From Camelus dromedarius (taxonomy: Eukaryota): DNA of 64,000 nt. Shown here in pieces: positions 35,535 to 47,655 of this stretch; the first letter of the stretch is position 1, and each line of letters begins with the position of its first letter. Location: contig NC_087464.1 of the NCBI RefSeq assembly GCF_036321535.1, forward strand, positions 24,676,001 through 24,740,000, in the 5' to 3' direction. A program made the position numbers and the translations under genes. A model generated the notes under the pieces. The model was given only the letters and a program-made list of their open reading frames with translations. It ran no database searches and was not told the origin of the DNA.

Positions 35535-37147
35535 GGAGCATCTTAGAACCCGGCGGTCTGAGGAGGTGTACAAGGTGTGCTGATCATTTAATTGCCCCCA
35601 AAATTTCTGTCCCTCCTTAGGTCCACTCTGATGCCTCTTGCTGCAACGTGGGGTGTCAGGTTGTTGGCACTCGGAGGCAATGATGAGGCACCAACAACAA
35701 CTTAGCTCACGTCTGATGCCAGCTCTCCAAGGCACGCGGATCGTCCCTCAGACGTGAAGGATGACACCCAGGGCAGGGCCCTGCACTGTAACCAGTGTCC
35801 AGGCACCGGCTTTGGGTCAGTCCCACAGCGGAACTAGGAAAGGGTTTCAAAAGAGAACATAGGAACCAGGAGCATCGCAGAGGGAGGTGTTGGCAGGGCC
35901 AGACGCACCATACAGGGAAGAAGGTGTGGCCTGGGGGATGTTTGGCATGAAGATGAGCACAGGGGTGGGAAGACTTCAAGTCCTGGAGGCGAGACATCTC
36001 TAACCCTGGGGCGGCAGCGCTGGCACTCCGCTCTCCCGGCTCCACACTCCCTCTCTGCCTGGGACACAGAGACGAGGAGCTGGCACCGGTTCCTTTCTTG
36101 TCTGGGAAAGCCACTCCAGGCTCCTGGTTATGATTTGCCTCACGTGTACACTGACCACAGGAGAAGCCCTGATACCTCTCTCTGTGTGGTGTTCTCTCTC
36201 TCTCTTTCTGTGTGTTTGTATGTGAGTGAGATTATTAGTATTTAAAATATTTAAAATCCAACTGCAGTTGGAGAAGTGGTCCTAGGAGAACAACAGAATT
36301 CCTCAGAGGGAGAGAGCTGCTCTTTTGTTTGGGGAAACACCTTAATGGATCCTTTAATTATGCAAGAGAGGCCCTAGGGCCGCTCTGGACGGGAGGATAA
36401 GACAGAGAGGAAGCTAAACTGCTCCGAGTAAAAACTCACAGGAATTTTCAAACCATCCCAGGGGGTCCCGAGCAAGAGGAGAAAAGTTAGGGGCCTGAGG
36501 AAAAGGGCAGCCATAAGGAGCTCCCTGTGCCAAGAGCCCTCGGGCCCTGACACCCAGGGGACAGCCCTGGCCCCCCACCTCCCTTTACCTAGACACGCAG
36601 GAAGAGGGCGGCCTGGAGTGCTGAGGAGTCTGGATTACAGATTTCAACTGTGTCGCTCCCGGGGTCGCAGTTTTATCATAAAGCAATACATTGGCATTCT
36701 GCCTTTCTGGGAGTTGGGGAAGGGTGGAAGCAGCATGGGGAACAGGAGACGGAGGTGAGGCAACTGGCCACCAAAGAGAGATTCGGGGTAGAACAGAGAT
36801 GACCCAGGGGTATTTGACTTCTGTTCTGTTTTGTGGTTGGCAAGCCCCCCCCCCCATCCCCTTGCCTCATCAAATCATCGGCAGCATCTGCATCCCTCGC
36901 TAGTGATTTGCGGGCCCTACTTGACTTTGCAGGGAAGGCCCATGGCGAACCCTGCCCCAGCGTAGGCCCAGGCAATGGCGTACGCTCGGTCACACCTGGG
37001 CGCCACCTAAACTGAACATGCTCCATTCAAAGGGCTGTCCTTTATTCTCAGGTTCTGTCCTTCCTCTCTTTTATGATATCATGGAATATTTTTTTCACAT
37101 CCTTACTTGGCAAAATAAACATTTCAACCTAGCATTATCTCCCTTTT

Positions 37148-37514
37148 TATTTATTTATTTTTAATTAAAGTATAGTGGATTGACAATATTATATTAGCTT
37201 CAGGTGGACAACATAGTGATTCAGTATTTTTATAGGTTACATGCCATTTAAAGTTGACCTCCCTTTTTTGGAAGGGGAGGAATAAGTTAGGAGTTTGGGA
37301 TTAACAGATACACATTACTATGCACGAAACAGATAAACAACAAGGACCTGCTGTATAGCACAGGAAACTATTCAATCTCTTGTAATAAGCTATAACTGAA
37401 AAGAATTGGAAAAATATGTACATGTGTATGTACACGGATAACTGAATCACTTTGCTGTACACCTGAAACTAATGCTGCAAGTCAACTACACTTCAATAAA
37501 AAATAAAATTAAAC
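37148..37514. mobile_element. Two abutting truncated L1 3' ends (37148-37251 minus, 37267-37514 plus)
   Basis: The plus copy is flanked by the 15-bp TSD AGTTGACCTCCCTTT (37252-37266, 37515-37529) and contains GGAGTTTGGGATTAACAGATACAC..GCTGTACACCTGAAACTAA. Confidence 0.8.
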
Positions 37515-39101
37515 AGTTGACCTCCCTTTCTGTAAAAACCTTTCTTACTGGTCCTTGTAATCCCAGAGTCTGACATAAAGCTGTGCTAATGGTCCTGTCC
37601 CCACGTGAATCTTACCGAGGTCAGCACTGCAGGGGCCCTTGTGATGGGAGCGGCTCCCCCTTTCACAAAGCCCTCTGTGCTTCCGCGGCCCCGTGCACGG
37701 CGGTCCGGCTCACTGTGACATCAGGAAGGCGGCGCAGTCTTTCAGTCAATGAAACCAGCCTTTACAAGCAGCGAATGAAAGTTTCATGGGCACTTCATGT
37801 CCTTGGAGAACGTCCTCGTTTTTTTCCTGAATAAGCATCAGCTTAGAGGTGCGTGTATTTTAGTCTGCTGTTCGGGTCACAAGATCAGAATTTTTCATCT
37901 CCTCAATCGCGCTTAAATATCATTTAGTCTTTATTATACTTTTCATGGCATCTTGCTGTCTTTTTCCTGAAGAGCAGCGGCCCTTTCTCACCCCCCGGCC
38001 GGCATGATGTCCCCACTCCCCAGGCCCTGTGCCCTTGCCTCCTCCCAGGTCTCCTTGGTCTCAGCGGCACCCAGGTGAAGCCCCTCCTCCACGCTCTGCC
38101 CTGGGTCCTCTTCATTCTCCACACCAGTGTTTATCAGGGTGTCGTCTGGACCAGCATTCAACCTGTCCAGCCTGTTGGGTACATGGCTGCCTCCTGCAGA
38201 CCCCAGGAGGCTGTGAGTCAGTCAGAGCTGGAGCTCGAGGGGCCCTGAAATCACCCAGAGACCCCAGGGGCCTGTCTCCCTCCCCCAGGTCAGATGGAGT
38301 CTCCGTGGGCGACCACTTAGGGCAGGGCTCCTGGTGGCAGCTCCCTCCTAGGGTTCCCATCACATTGTTCGGGAAGGCTTCCCCGGCCAAGATGTGCAGC
38401 CACAGCTGTTCCCTTCGCTCCTCTCCGCGGCCAGCAAGGGCATTTCTGCGGCACTGCCCTGGGCCTTCACGGCGCTCAGGGATTTAGGCCCCTGTGCCCA
38501 GGGTCACTGGGAGGGAGCACATGGCCAGGCCGCCATGTGTCTGTAGGCAGAGAGCGAGCATGGAGTCGGGTGGGAGCCCCGTTCCACGCTCTCGCCACAC
38601 GGAATGTGTCTTGCACATTCTTCGCCCTGGTTTAGGGCTACTTGCTTATCTAAGCACGTGTGGGTGGGATAATTCAGGAAGCAGAGCATCCACGGAGTGA
38701 GATGGATTGTGGAAGGATGTTCACCTCCCTGCAAGAACACGGGCCCCGCCTCCCTCAGATGCGCTGCGGGGGTTGAAGCCTCACAGGCGGAGGAAGGCCG
38801 AGGGCTGTGGCCTTTCCCACTGAGCCCAGAGCCCCTCGCCCACACTGTGGGGGAACATGCAGTGTGTGTGAGTCTTTGTGTGGGGACAGAGGTGCAGGTG
38901 CCCGGTCATGTGGGCTTGGGGAGCACATAATGTTAATTGCACTGTGGGGGGGGGTGTATGTGCGTATATGGGTCTGCTAACGTCCAGGTGTTCGTATGAA
39001 CATGACTGGGTGCGAGTGTGTGTGCACGTATGTGCACAACTCTTATACAGGACAAGGGAGTGAGGGGTGCCTGACTGAAAGATGAGGGATAAGGGAGAAA
39101 A

Positions 39102-39458
39102 TGATTATGGACCGAAAGCTTGTACCCCCGCCCAAATTCACATGTTGAAATCCTAACCCCCAAGGAGAGGCTGTTAGGAGATGGGGCTGTGAGGAGTGAT
39201 TGGGTCGCGAGAGCAGACCCCTCCTGAACGGGATTCGTGCCCTTAAACAAGAGACCCCGCTGAGCACTCTCTCCCTTTCCACGTGTGAGGACACAGCAAG
39301 ACGATGCTCGTCTGTGGACCAAGAAGAGGGTTCTCAACACACACCAGCTCTGCCAGCACCTTGATCACGGACTTCCCAGCATCCAGAACCGTGAGAGATA
39401 CATGTTTACTGGTTGAGTCTGTGGCATTTTGTTACAGCAGCCCAAGCTGACTAAGACG
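39102..39458 (+). mobile_element. MLT1A-like solo LTR
   Basis: CCCAAATTCACATGTTGAAATCCTAACCCCCAA..GTGTGAGGACACAGCAAGA..CAGCCCAAGCTGACTAAGAC. Confidence 0.85.
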
Positions 39459-39689
39459 AGAACTAAAGGCAGTAAAATTGTTTCTCCCTTCTCCTCTCCG
39501 TATTCCTTCTCTGACTTTCAGCACAGGGTGAGGGTGACTCAGAAAAATTCTGAAAAATCTCAGAGTTGAAAGGAGTCGTCTAATACATGAAGCCCTGCAG
39601 CAGAGTCCCCGACAAGTAGCTGTCTTCTGTTTAAACCCTCCTGGTGGGGTCTAGGGTGTTCACTGCCACTCCAGGGGGGTACGTCTCTT

Positions 39690-39905
39690 TATCCAGTGGC
39701 TCTGATCACTGGAAATACCTTCCTTATGGTACCTAAAACCAGTTTCCCTGCAAATTCCACTCACTGATACAGCTGCTCTCTGATGAGTTTCACAAACCAA
39801 GTTTCCTTTCTCTGTGCCAGCTTTGTCGTGGTCTCTTGTAATATGACCCGCAGGACCGAACACGATTCTCCAGACTCAGTCAGACCGGAGCGGGTAGGAC
39901 AGCTG
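39690..39905 (-). mobile_element. CR1/L3 LINE fragment
   Basis: TCTCTTGTAATATG..CAGGACCGAACACGATTCTCCAGA..GTCAGACC resembles the CR1 3' region. Confidence 0.5.
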
Positions 39906-40089
39906 AGAACATTTGCTGTGTCCAAAACAAGGTGGGGATAGGAACTGATACCTAGAAAATTCTGAGAACTCCTATATAGTCCCTTCTTATAAGGAAGTCC
40001 CGAAGGCCCCATCACCAGATACCATCCCATGGGGGACCAGGATCTCAGTGTATGAGCTTCGAAGGGGTACAAACATTAAATCCATAACA

Positions 40090-40700
40090 GAAGGGAAAGA
40101 AAGAACGGGTGATTTAAGAGAAACTTAAGAGGTGGGATCCATTGGATTCAGGGATGGAGTAGAATTGAGACATGGGGATAAGGGAAGAGGAAGATTCTGG
40201 AATAACTCTTGGGTTTCTGGTACTGGTGACTTTATGGCCCACATACCTGGAGACACAAAATACTGCAGAAGACACAGGTTTAGAGCAGAGCAGAGGGAAG
40301 AGATGGAGGTGAGGAGAAAAAAAGGCAGTGATGCATTCAGTTTGAGACATGTTGAATTGGAGGTGCCTTGAGACATCCAAAGAAACGTCCAGTCCTCATG
40401 GGCCCACAGGTCTGGAGGTCAGGAGACAGGCCATGGCTACAGACACAGGGTCAGAGGAAGGGATGCTGAGCTGAGAACCCAAGAATGACTTGGAGAGCCA
40501 GGCGACGAGGAAGGGGAGAGAGTGTTTCCAGTAGAAGGCACTGTGTACACGAAGACTCCACGGCCTGAGAGGAGCTGGCCTCTGCTCTGACTGTCCGGTC
40601 TTCATGTTGAAGAGAATGAAGGAAATGGGGATCCCTGGAAAACAGAGCACGTCCGCCTCTGCCCGAATCAGCTGTGAACCCCCGGGAGGGCTGGCCGAGA
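40090..40700 (-). mobile_element. L2 fragment
   Basis: CATTCAGTTTGAGACATGTTGAATTGGAGGTGCCTTGAGACATCCAA..GGTCTGGAGGTCAGGAGA. Confidence 0.8.
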
Positions 40701-43023
40701 GCGAGCACGGCCAGCGTACACGAGACCAGCCACGGGAACTAACAAAAGCCAGGGGTGTTTTCTTGTCACCCATGAGCATCAAAGCAGCAGACACCCGCAA
40801 AGAGCAGCTCAAGCTGCTCCAGGAATGAATTTCCTTTGAAACATCACAAATGAAAGACAAAATCCTCTTAACCTAGTGACGGCTCCCGATGGAATAAAGC
40901 GCTTTCTCTGAAGCTATCCCCAAATTAGCAAAGCCATAATTAGGATTACTAAATGGATAGATCAGAATTCCAGAGAGAAAATATTTACTCGGGCAAAACC
41001 TCCTCGATTCAATAGCTCTTTCCATTAATTTTTTCTGAAGTTTTGGATTTCCACAGACTAATCTGCGGGTATTTAGAAGGGCTTGTAAGCCACTTGCCAA
41101 GTAGTTAAAAAGTGTGAAATGTCTTTGCCAGGAAGCTCTTTGGGGACCTTTGGGGGAACATACAGAGAGGAGTAAGGTATTCGAAACGTCTCCCTTCCGC
41201 CAGCAGGACGCTGCCTTCTCCAGTGCTGGGTCGCCTCCCGCTGGGACATGCCTTACAAACTGTCCCGCGCAGCCTCGGGTTCTCCAGCACCTTGGCCAAG
41301 CCCTGATGCAGTGGTTGCCCCCGCAGGAGGGATGGAGTGTGCGTGGGAGCCTTCTTCACTGTAGAACCAAAGCCTCTATTTGGAGGAAGCTGATGATTAG
41401 AGCTGGCAGGGCTCACACATGGAGCCAGACTCATTTGCCCTTTGAATGCGATGCTGAATGCAGCCTGGGCCACTTGGAGCACTGAGACTTATTTGGGTTA
41501 CCCCAGGATTTTGCCTAGTGGGACCTCTGGGAGAATGCTTGATGTGGGAGGCAAGGAAGGTCTTCCCCAGAGCCCTAGCCCACCTGCTGCCTCTCTGATC
41601 CTCAGCCTACTCATGTTCGCCAGCTGCACAGGTTCCTTCCTCCCTCTCCAAAGTCACCTTTTGCCCTGGCTGTGCCCTACTTTAAATGTTCTTTTCCTTG
41701 AAGAAGAGAAAGGTCAGTCTGGAGAACGAAGTGTCCTGTGTAGTTCTGAGCCCAGGCCTGGTGCTCGTCCAGTGGGAGCCTCTGATCCACCCTTCACCAA
41801 CCCTGAAGCAAGACACAGACATTCCAATTTTGTTCCTCCAAAGAAAAGCGACCGCACGATGCATTAGAGTAAGAGACTGACTTTCTTCTGAGGTTTCAGT
41901 AGGGAAGACACAGTAGAGGGTCACATGACAGAGCACACGGCAAATTCCAATCAGACCTCCCACTCTCCCTGCTAAGTTTCTCGTGGGCCACGCACGTCCC
42001 CCTCCCGCTTGACCGTCTCCGCACAGTTCAGCCTCTACTCCTGCCACCCACCCCTGTGTATTTCTCTCTCTTTCTGCAGAGAAGTTTAACTCTTCCCTGC
42101 CTTGCTTCCAATTTTAGAGTCTCCCTCCATGACCCCCCTCAACAGTTTTTGAGCTCCGTCTTCTTTAGAAGGCAGTGGGGAGCTGAGAATGACAAATGAT
42201 ATTTTTCTGCGTGACATCGTTTGCCCTTGTTAACGAGTGCCAGAACTCTGTGGGGAGCGCAGTTTGGGGCCTGGCTGAGGATGAGGGGGCAGCTTTAGTG
42301 GTCACTCTGACCGCAGGACCTTCCCGAGGCCACCTGGCCTTCCTGTCCAGGCTGCGCTGAGGTCCCTCTGAAGACCTCGCCAGGGCTGTTCCACCCAGAA
42401 GTGGGCTCAGGCCCCGGATGCGCAGAGACCTCACCAGACCATGGGAGAAAGAGACACAGACTAAAGTGAGACAGTGGAGCAAGGGCTCTTTACAGGAAAA
42501 GATGCCCATGCTGTAGCTGCCTGAGGGCAGGTTCTGGGAACCATAAAATCTAAAGTCACAGGACATTCCAGCTGGGTGGTTGCTGGATTCACTCAGGCCT
42601 TGGGGAAAGGAGGCAGCCACATCCTTCCTCTCGTCTTCAGTCCTTGCCCACCCATTTCCACCTGGGAAAGCTGGGGTTGCCCTGCCGGTCAAGTCAGGTA
42701 ACCCAATGTAGCTTTTTCCACAGGGGTGGGCCTGAAAGCTGCTGGCAGGAGAGCCCCGCCAAGTCTTTAGTATCTGCTTATCCCCACACGTTGCCCTGGA
42801 GAAAAATAGTTATCACTCCGACTCCACAGAGGAGGAGAGAAAAACACATCTAATGGACTGCGGCAGCCCCAGAGAGGTGTCTCATTTCAGAGCTCCTAGG
42901 AAGGGCTCGCCTTAACGGCACTCGAGTCTAAGCCTGTGACTTGGAGTCGCTGGGGGCTGGGATGATGGTGGGAGCTGTGGTTTGGAGTCCTGGCTGGTGG
43001 GGACTGTGTGAAATTCTAATGTA

Positions 43024-43037
43024 CCAGCAGGGGGCAG
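43024..43037 (+). promoter_or_regulatory. Candidate CTCF site
   Basis: CCAGCAGGGGGCAG is a 14/14 match to the core consensus CCASYAGRKGGCRS, in unique sequence. Confidence 0.55.
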
Positions 43038-43333
43038 CGATGAGCAAGAACCTGGAGTAGTTTGTAGGCTGACTTCTGCGTTCTTGGAGACTGGAAACAC
43101 TGAGGAGGGAAGCCCTCAGAAGGATTGGACTCTGCTGTTCAGATTGGGGGGGAGGGGGGTGGATTCAGAGTCTTCATACACTGAGATATTTTTGTTTGGG
43201 TGCATTTTACCAAGTTGGATACTGTCAGATATTTACAGATATTTTTGTTGATAAAGATATGCATCTGACAGATTGTGCTTTCCGAAGACGACCGCAGCAA
43301 TACCACTCAACCCACATGTCCTTCTGTGATGCA

Positions 43334-43465
43334 GGGAGGGGACAGCTCAGTGGCAGACCGCGTGCTCAGCATGCACAAGGTCCTGGGTTCAATCCCCAGC
43401 GCCTCCTCTGAAAATAAATAAATAAATAAAACTAATTACCCACCCCCACAAAAATTTTAAAAAAG
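43334..43465 (+). mobile_element. Vic-1-like SINE
   Basis: GGGAGGGGACAGCTCAGTGGCAGA.CGCGTGCTCAGCATGCACAAGGTCCTGGGTTCAATCCCCAG. Confidence 0.88.
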
Positions 43466-43684
43466 ATTCTTCTCCTGTGTTGTAAACCTGCCGCACCCCT
43501 GTCAAGAAGTGGGGTTTCTTCCCTTCTTGTGTCTGGGTCATCCAATGCCTGCTTCAACCAATAAAATTCAGCAGAGGTGATACTGTGCCAGTTCTGGGCA
43601 GAGCTTTGAACTGGCCTCGTGGCTTCTGCTTCCTAACTCTGGGAGTGCTCTCACTTGGGATTATAACTTTCAGAACCCAGCTAC

Positions 43685-44394
43685 TGTCCTGACTATGTTT
43701 TATTTTCTGTATTCTTAATGCTCTGGTGTTTGAGGCCCTGATGCTGGAGAGAAAGCCTCTCTCAGGGGTAGCTCATTTCCAGACCGTCCCTTACGAGCGC
43801 TCCTTCAATGTACAAACCAACAGATCTATGTATTTATTTATTTAGGGTTTTGGGGGGGGGTAATTAGGTTATTCATGTATTTGTTTTAGAGGAGGTGCTG
43901 GGGATTGAACCTAGGACCTCGTGCGTGCTAAGCATGGGCTCTGCCACTTGAGCTATGCGCCCCCCACTAAACTAACAAATCCAGAGCCTACGTTTCCAAC
44001 GTCTCCGTTATCAACTTCTTACACACTAAACCAATAGTCTCCCTGCCCTAAACCACTCCAGGGCCAAGGACCAGACAACTGAGCACCACCCTGTAGCCAG
44101 AGCCTACGGAGATTATTCAAAATATCCAATCCGAAACTCAGTCACTGCGCCTGCCCTGCCTCACCCATCCTTCCCACGAAAACCCCAGTGAAGGCTCTGG
44201 GCCATGCCCTCCTCGCCCTGATTTCTGCCTCCTGACCGACCCCAGTGCTTCCTTGTGTGGCCCTGTGCGGCGCGCACTGCCTCCCGTTTCTAGGGGGTCT
44301 GTGAGTGTGAACATCTTCCACCGTGACAACCCTTTCCACGTCTGCATGTCTCACCATATCTGATTTAAATAAGTCCTGGGTACATTTTAGAACA
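43685..44394 (+). mobile_element. ERV1-class solo LTR (MER31/MER39-like), itself interrupted by a SINE
   Basis: TG..CA termini with TSD GCTAC/GCCAC. Contains CCAGGGCCAAGGACCAGACAACT..ATTATTCAAA..CTGCCTCCTGACCGACCC. Confidence 0.7.
43828..43965 (-). mobile_element. Vic-1-like SINE
   Basis: GGGGTAATTAGGTT..GAGGAGGTGCTGGGGATTGAACCTAGGACCTCGTGCGTGCTAAGCATG. TSD AAACCAACAGATC/AAACTAACAAATC (11/13). Confidence 0.88.
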
Positions 44395-44734
44395 GCCACC
44401 ATGCTGTGAGGAGCCCAAGCCGCATGAAGAGGCCATGCAAAGGCATGGCAGTCAATAGCCCCACCTGAGCTCCCCGTGTCAGCTGCCAGCCACCGGGGTG
44501 AGCCCTCCCGGGCACTCAGCACAGAAAACCCCAGCTCCAGCCGCTGACTGCAGTGCCTGAGGGGTGCCCAGTGAGCCCCACTGAGCGGAGCCCAGTCAAC
44601 CCCCAGAATAAGAATTATGTCTGAAACCACTGTTTGGGAGACGTGTTTGGGGGGTGCCAGAACACGCATGATGTTCTTTCACTGAAGGATCTGTTCCCAT
44701 AATATTAAGTTCCCATGAATAGTACTGTAGCTCC

Positions 44735-44878
44735 TTGCTGCTCAAAGCTTGAGGACCACCTGGAAGCTTGTTACAAATGCAGGATTGCATCTCCATCTCA
44801 AACTTACTAAGCTGGAGTCTGCACTTTAACAAGAGCCCCTGATGAGTTAAGTGTGCATTAAAGTTTAAGAAGCACTGC
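44735..44878 (+). mobile_element. MER5A/B-like MITE
   Basis: ACCTGGAAGCTTGTTACAAATGCAG..TCTGCACTTTAACAAG..AAGTTTAAGAAGCACTG. Confidence 0.75.
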
Positions 44879-45477
44879 TGAAGCAAATATTGACTAATCT
44901 GCCCAGCTCCCCTTGGATCCTTAATTGCCCTTGGGTTACTGGAGCTGTTCTGTCTGTACATGCAGGCAGCCAGAAGTGTCTGGGAGTTCGTGTCCCCTGG
45001 GGCAGCCCACACAGTGACTTACTAGTATGGCGGTACAAAAGCCTGGCTCTCTGTCCTCGAGGCAGAACAAACTTTAAGGTGTAATTTCTCCAGAGCTGTC
45101 CAGGATGGGTCTGAGACTGCAGTCCCACTTCACCTCCTCCTCTTCCCCGTTCTGATCCCCCCACTCCCTTCCCAATTCCTCTTAGGAGCACTTCCTTAAT
45201 AAGTCTCTTGCACGTGACCCCTCATCTCAGAGTGCGCAACAGGTACCAAACAGGAGAACATTTCAGCCAATCAGGACTTGGCATTGCCCTACCCCATCCC
45301 AGACACACAGGTAGTAGATATTGGCTGACATATTAGGACAGATAGGATCACGTGGGGTAAAAGGGGCAGAGGAGAAAAGAAGGCAATGAGTGTAGCCGAC
45401 TCTTTTGAAGAGCTTTGCTATCAGGGGGACTTAAAAAAAAAAAAGATACAGGAACTGGAGAGAAATGAAAGTTGTGT

Positions 45478-45790
45478 TAATTATATTGCTGTATAACCCA
45501 TAACTCCAAAACTTGGTAACTTAAAACAACAGACATTTATTACTCACTCAGTTGCCTAGGATCAGGAATTCCTCAGGGTGGTCCTGGCTCACAGTCTCTC
45601 ATGAGGTTGCAGCCAAGATGTCAGCCAGGGCTGCATTCTCATCTGAGGCGTGTCTGGGGCTGGAGGACCTGCTTCTGAGCTCACTCACATGGCCGCTGGC
45701 TGGAGGTTTCAGTTCCTCTCCTCTTGGATCTCTCCACAGGGTTGCTTGTGACCTTGCTTCCCCCAGGGTGAGTGGTGAGAGAGACAGGTG
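45478..45790 (-). mobile_element. MLT1 LTR fragment
   Basis: TATTGCTGTATAAC..CCAAAACTTGGTAACTTAAAACAACA..GTCTCTCATGAGGTTGCAGCCAAGATGTCAGCCAGGGCTGCA. Confidence 0.8.
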
Positions 45791-47569
45791 TCCGTAAATG
45801 TGTAGGCAGGAATCGGGAAGGACACACTGTTAACAGTTGGTAAACATCCTTAACTCTTATGAGTGGGATTGAGGAGCGCGGGACTGTGGGAATAATGAAG
45901 ACAGGCTTCCACTTTATATGCTTCTGAATTCCTTCTGTCGTTTTATAACATTAAAGGAGAAAGTTTAAATGAATTGCCAGTAGTTGCTAATGGATAAAGC
46001 TAAGTCTACTGCAAATATAACTATGAGAAGAAGAAATGACAAGCATAGAAAATTGAAATTGGGTCATAAAAAAATATAGGGGTGATAAAAAAAAATGTGG
46101 ATGATTTCAGAGGCCTGTATCTGTCCCAAGTAGAATGTCTGGAAGCACATTGTGAGCTCTGGAATTGCTGCTGACCCCAGGCCAAATGGGAGTTCCTACC
46201 TCCACTAAGACAGCCCAAAGCATCCCGGGAAACTCCTTTCCCTCTTGTTTGCTCTCCTCATCACAGGGGGACTTCAGCTCTGACCAGCTCTGCCTGGCCG
46301 CCTTTCACCAGCTGCCTGTCTGGGGACTGACTACAGGCTTTCTGGTCTGTAAACCCCTCAGATCCAAACATCTCCTGCTTCCTACAGCACGTTTGCCCTG
46401 GATGTAGGGTCCCAATTCCTCCAGCAGACGCAACAGCCGAAACAATTCAGCCTCAGGCTTTTGCATCAGCCCCTAAGAGTCAAGACAGGAAAATGGTTTC
46501 GTCTCAGTTCCAGAGATGCACTTGCCCTCTGCAGGTGGCCCTGCCAGAGAAGTAGCCACATTCCGTGAGTTTGGGGGGCAAAGAAGCCCCCTTCAGCCTG
46601 ACCCCCTCACCCAGTAGTGTCTGGAGGGGATGCTCAAACAGAGACTGAAAAAGCCTGTGGGGTCAGATTCAGCCTGCTGGTTTCTGGTGCCCTTAGACAG
46701 AGGCAAGAGTGGCCGCTACCCAGGGTCCCTTGACTTAGAGCAGTGCTCTGAGAAGTGTGGTCTGTGGGCCAATGCCTGGCCACAAACGGTCTGTTACTGG
46801 TTCTTGACGAGTACACACAGAAACCGAGAAAAACTTATGCCTGTGGAATCTTTAAAAATTTAGCCTTGTATTTTGTGTGGATTTTTTAATTTCATTTTTC
46901 TAGGGATTTCTTTTTATTGGATTTGTACAAAAGAATTGGTTTGAAATGGACGGGAAAATTAAAAACCGATTCTGAACCACAGAAATTTTTCAAAGCCCTG
47001 CTTTAGAAAGTCCCACCCATCACAAATACACAAAAAATAAATCAATTAAGGAGCACTTGGGATCTGGTGCTCAGCACGGGCACAGCACAGCCTGCAGGTG
47101 ACAACACCGTTCAGGCCCCAGGAAACACGCGGCCCTGTGCCCTCCTCACAAAAAGCAACCGTGTCTGGATGTCACAAAGGTTTCTGGGCTGTGCTTCTAC
47201 TGGCACTGGAGACAGACACTGCTTCAGAGCAAGAGGAGGATTTGAGTGGCAGAAGCACTTAGGTAAGGAAAAAAAAGACAAATTAATTAACTTGTCAAAT
47301 CCTTTTTCTCAGGTAGCATGAATATAGTAGCTCCTTGCAGGGTGAAGCACTGTTTCCCCACAGGGCCATATGTCCATTTTCCGGCTTCTCTTTGTGCTCC
47401 AGTTTGTGGTCCAAGGAGTCCTCATGAATTAATGTGGTATTGACAGTTGCACATGGCGGCTGAGGAACATTCTGCACTTCATTTTACCTTTAAAACTGCA
47501 TATATGTTGAGCATAAATGATGCTAGTTCTTCCTATTGCTGCATGTATCTAGATACTACTTTTAGGGTG

Positions 47570-47655
47570 AGGAGGGTGTGTAGCTCAGCAGTAGAGCACG
47601 TGCTTAGCATACAAGAGGTCCTGGGTTCAATCCCCAGCACCTCCATTAAAAAAAT
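47570..47655 (+). mobile_element. Short Vic-1-like SINE
   Basis: TAGCTCAGCAGTAGAGCACGTGCTTAGCATACAAGAGGTCCTGGGTTCAATCCCCAGCACCTCCA followed by an A-tail. Confidence 0.85.

Larger units (their letters stand above)
43480..44650 (+). mobile_element. MLT1F/G-like LTR interrupted by an ERV1-class LTR
   Basis: GAACCCAGCTAC|insert|GCCACCATGCTGTGAGGAGCCCAAGC reconstitutes the MLT1 phrase GAACCCAGCCACCATGCTGTGAGG. Confidence 0.75.
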
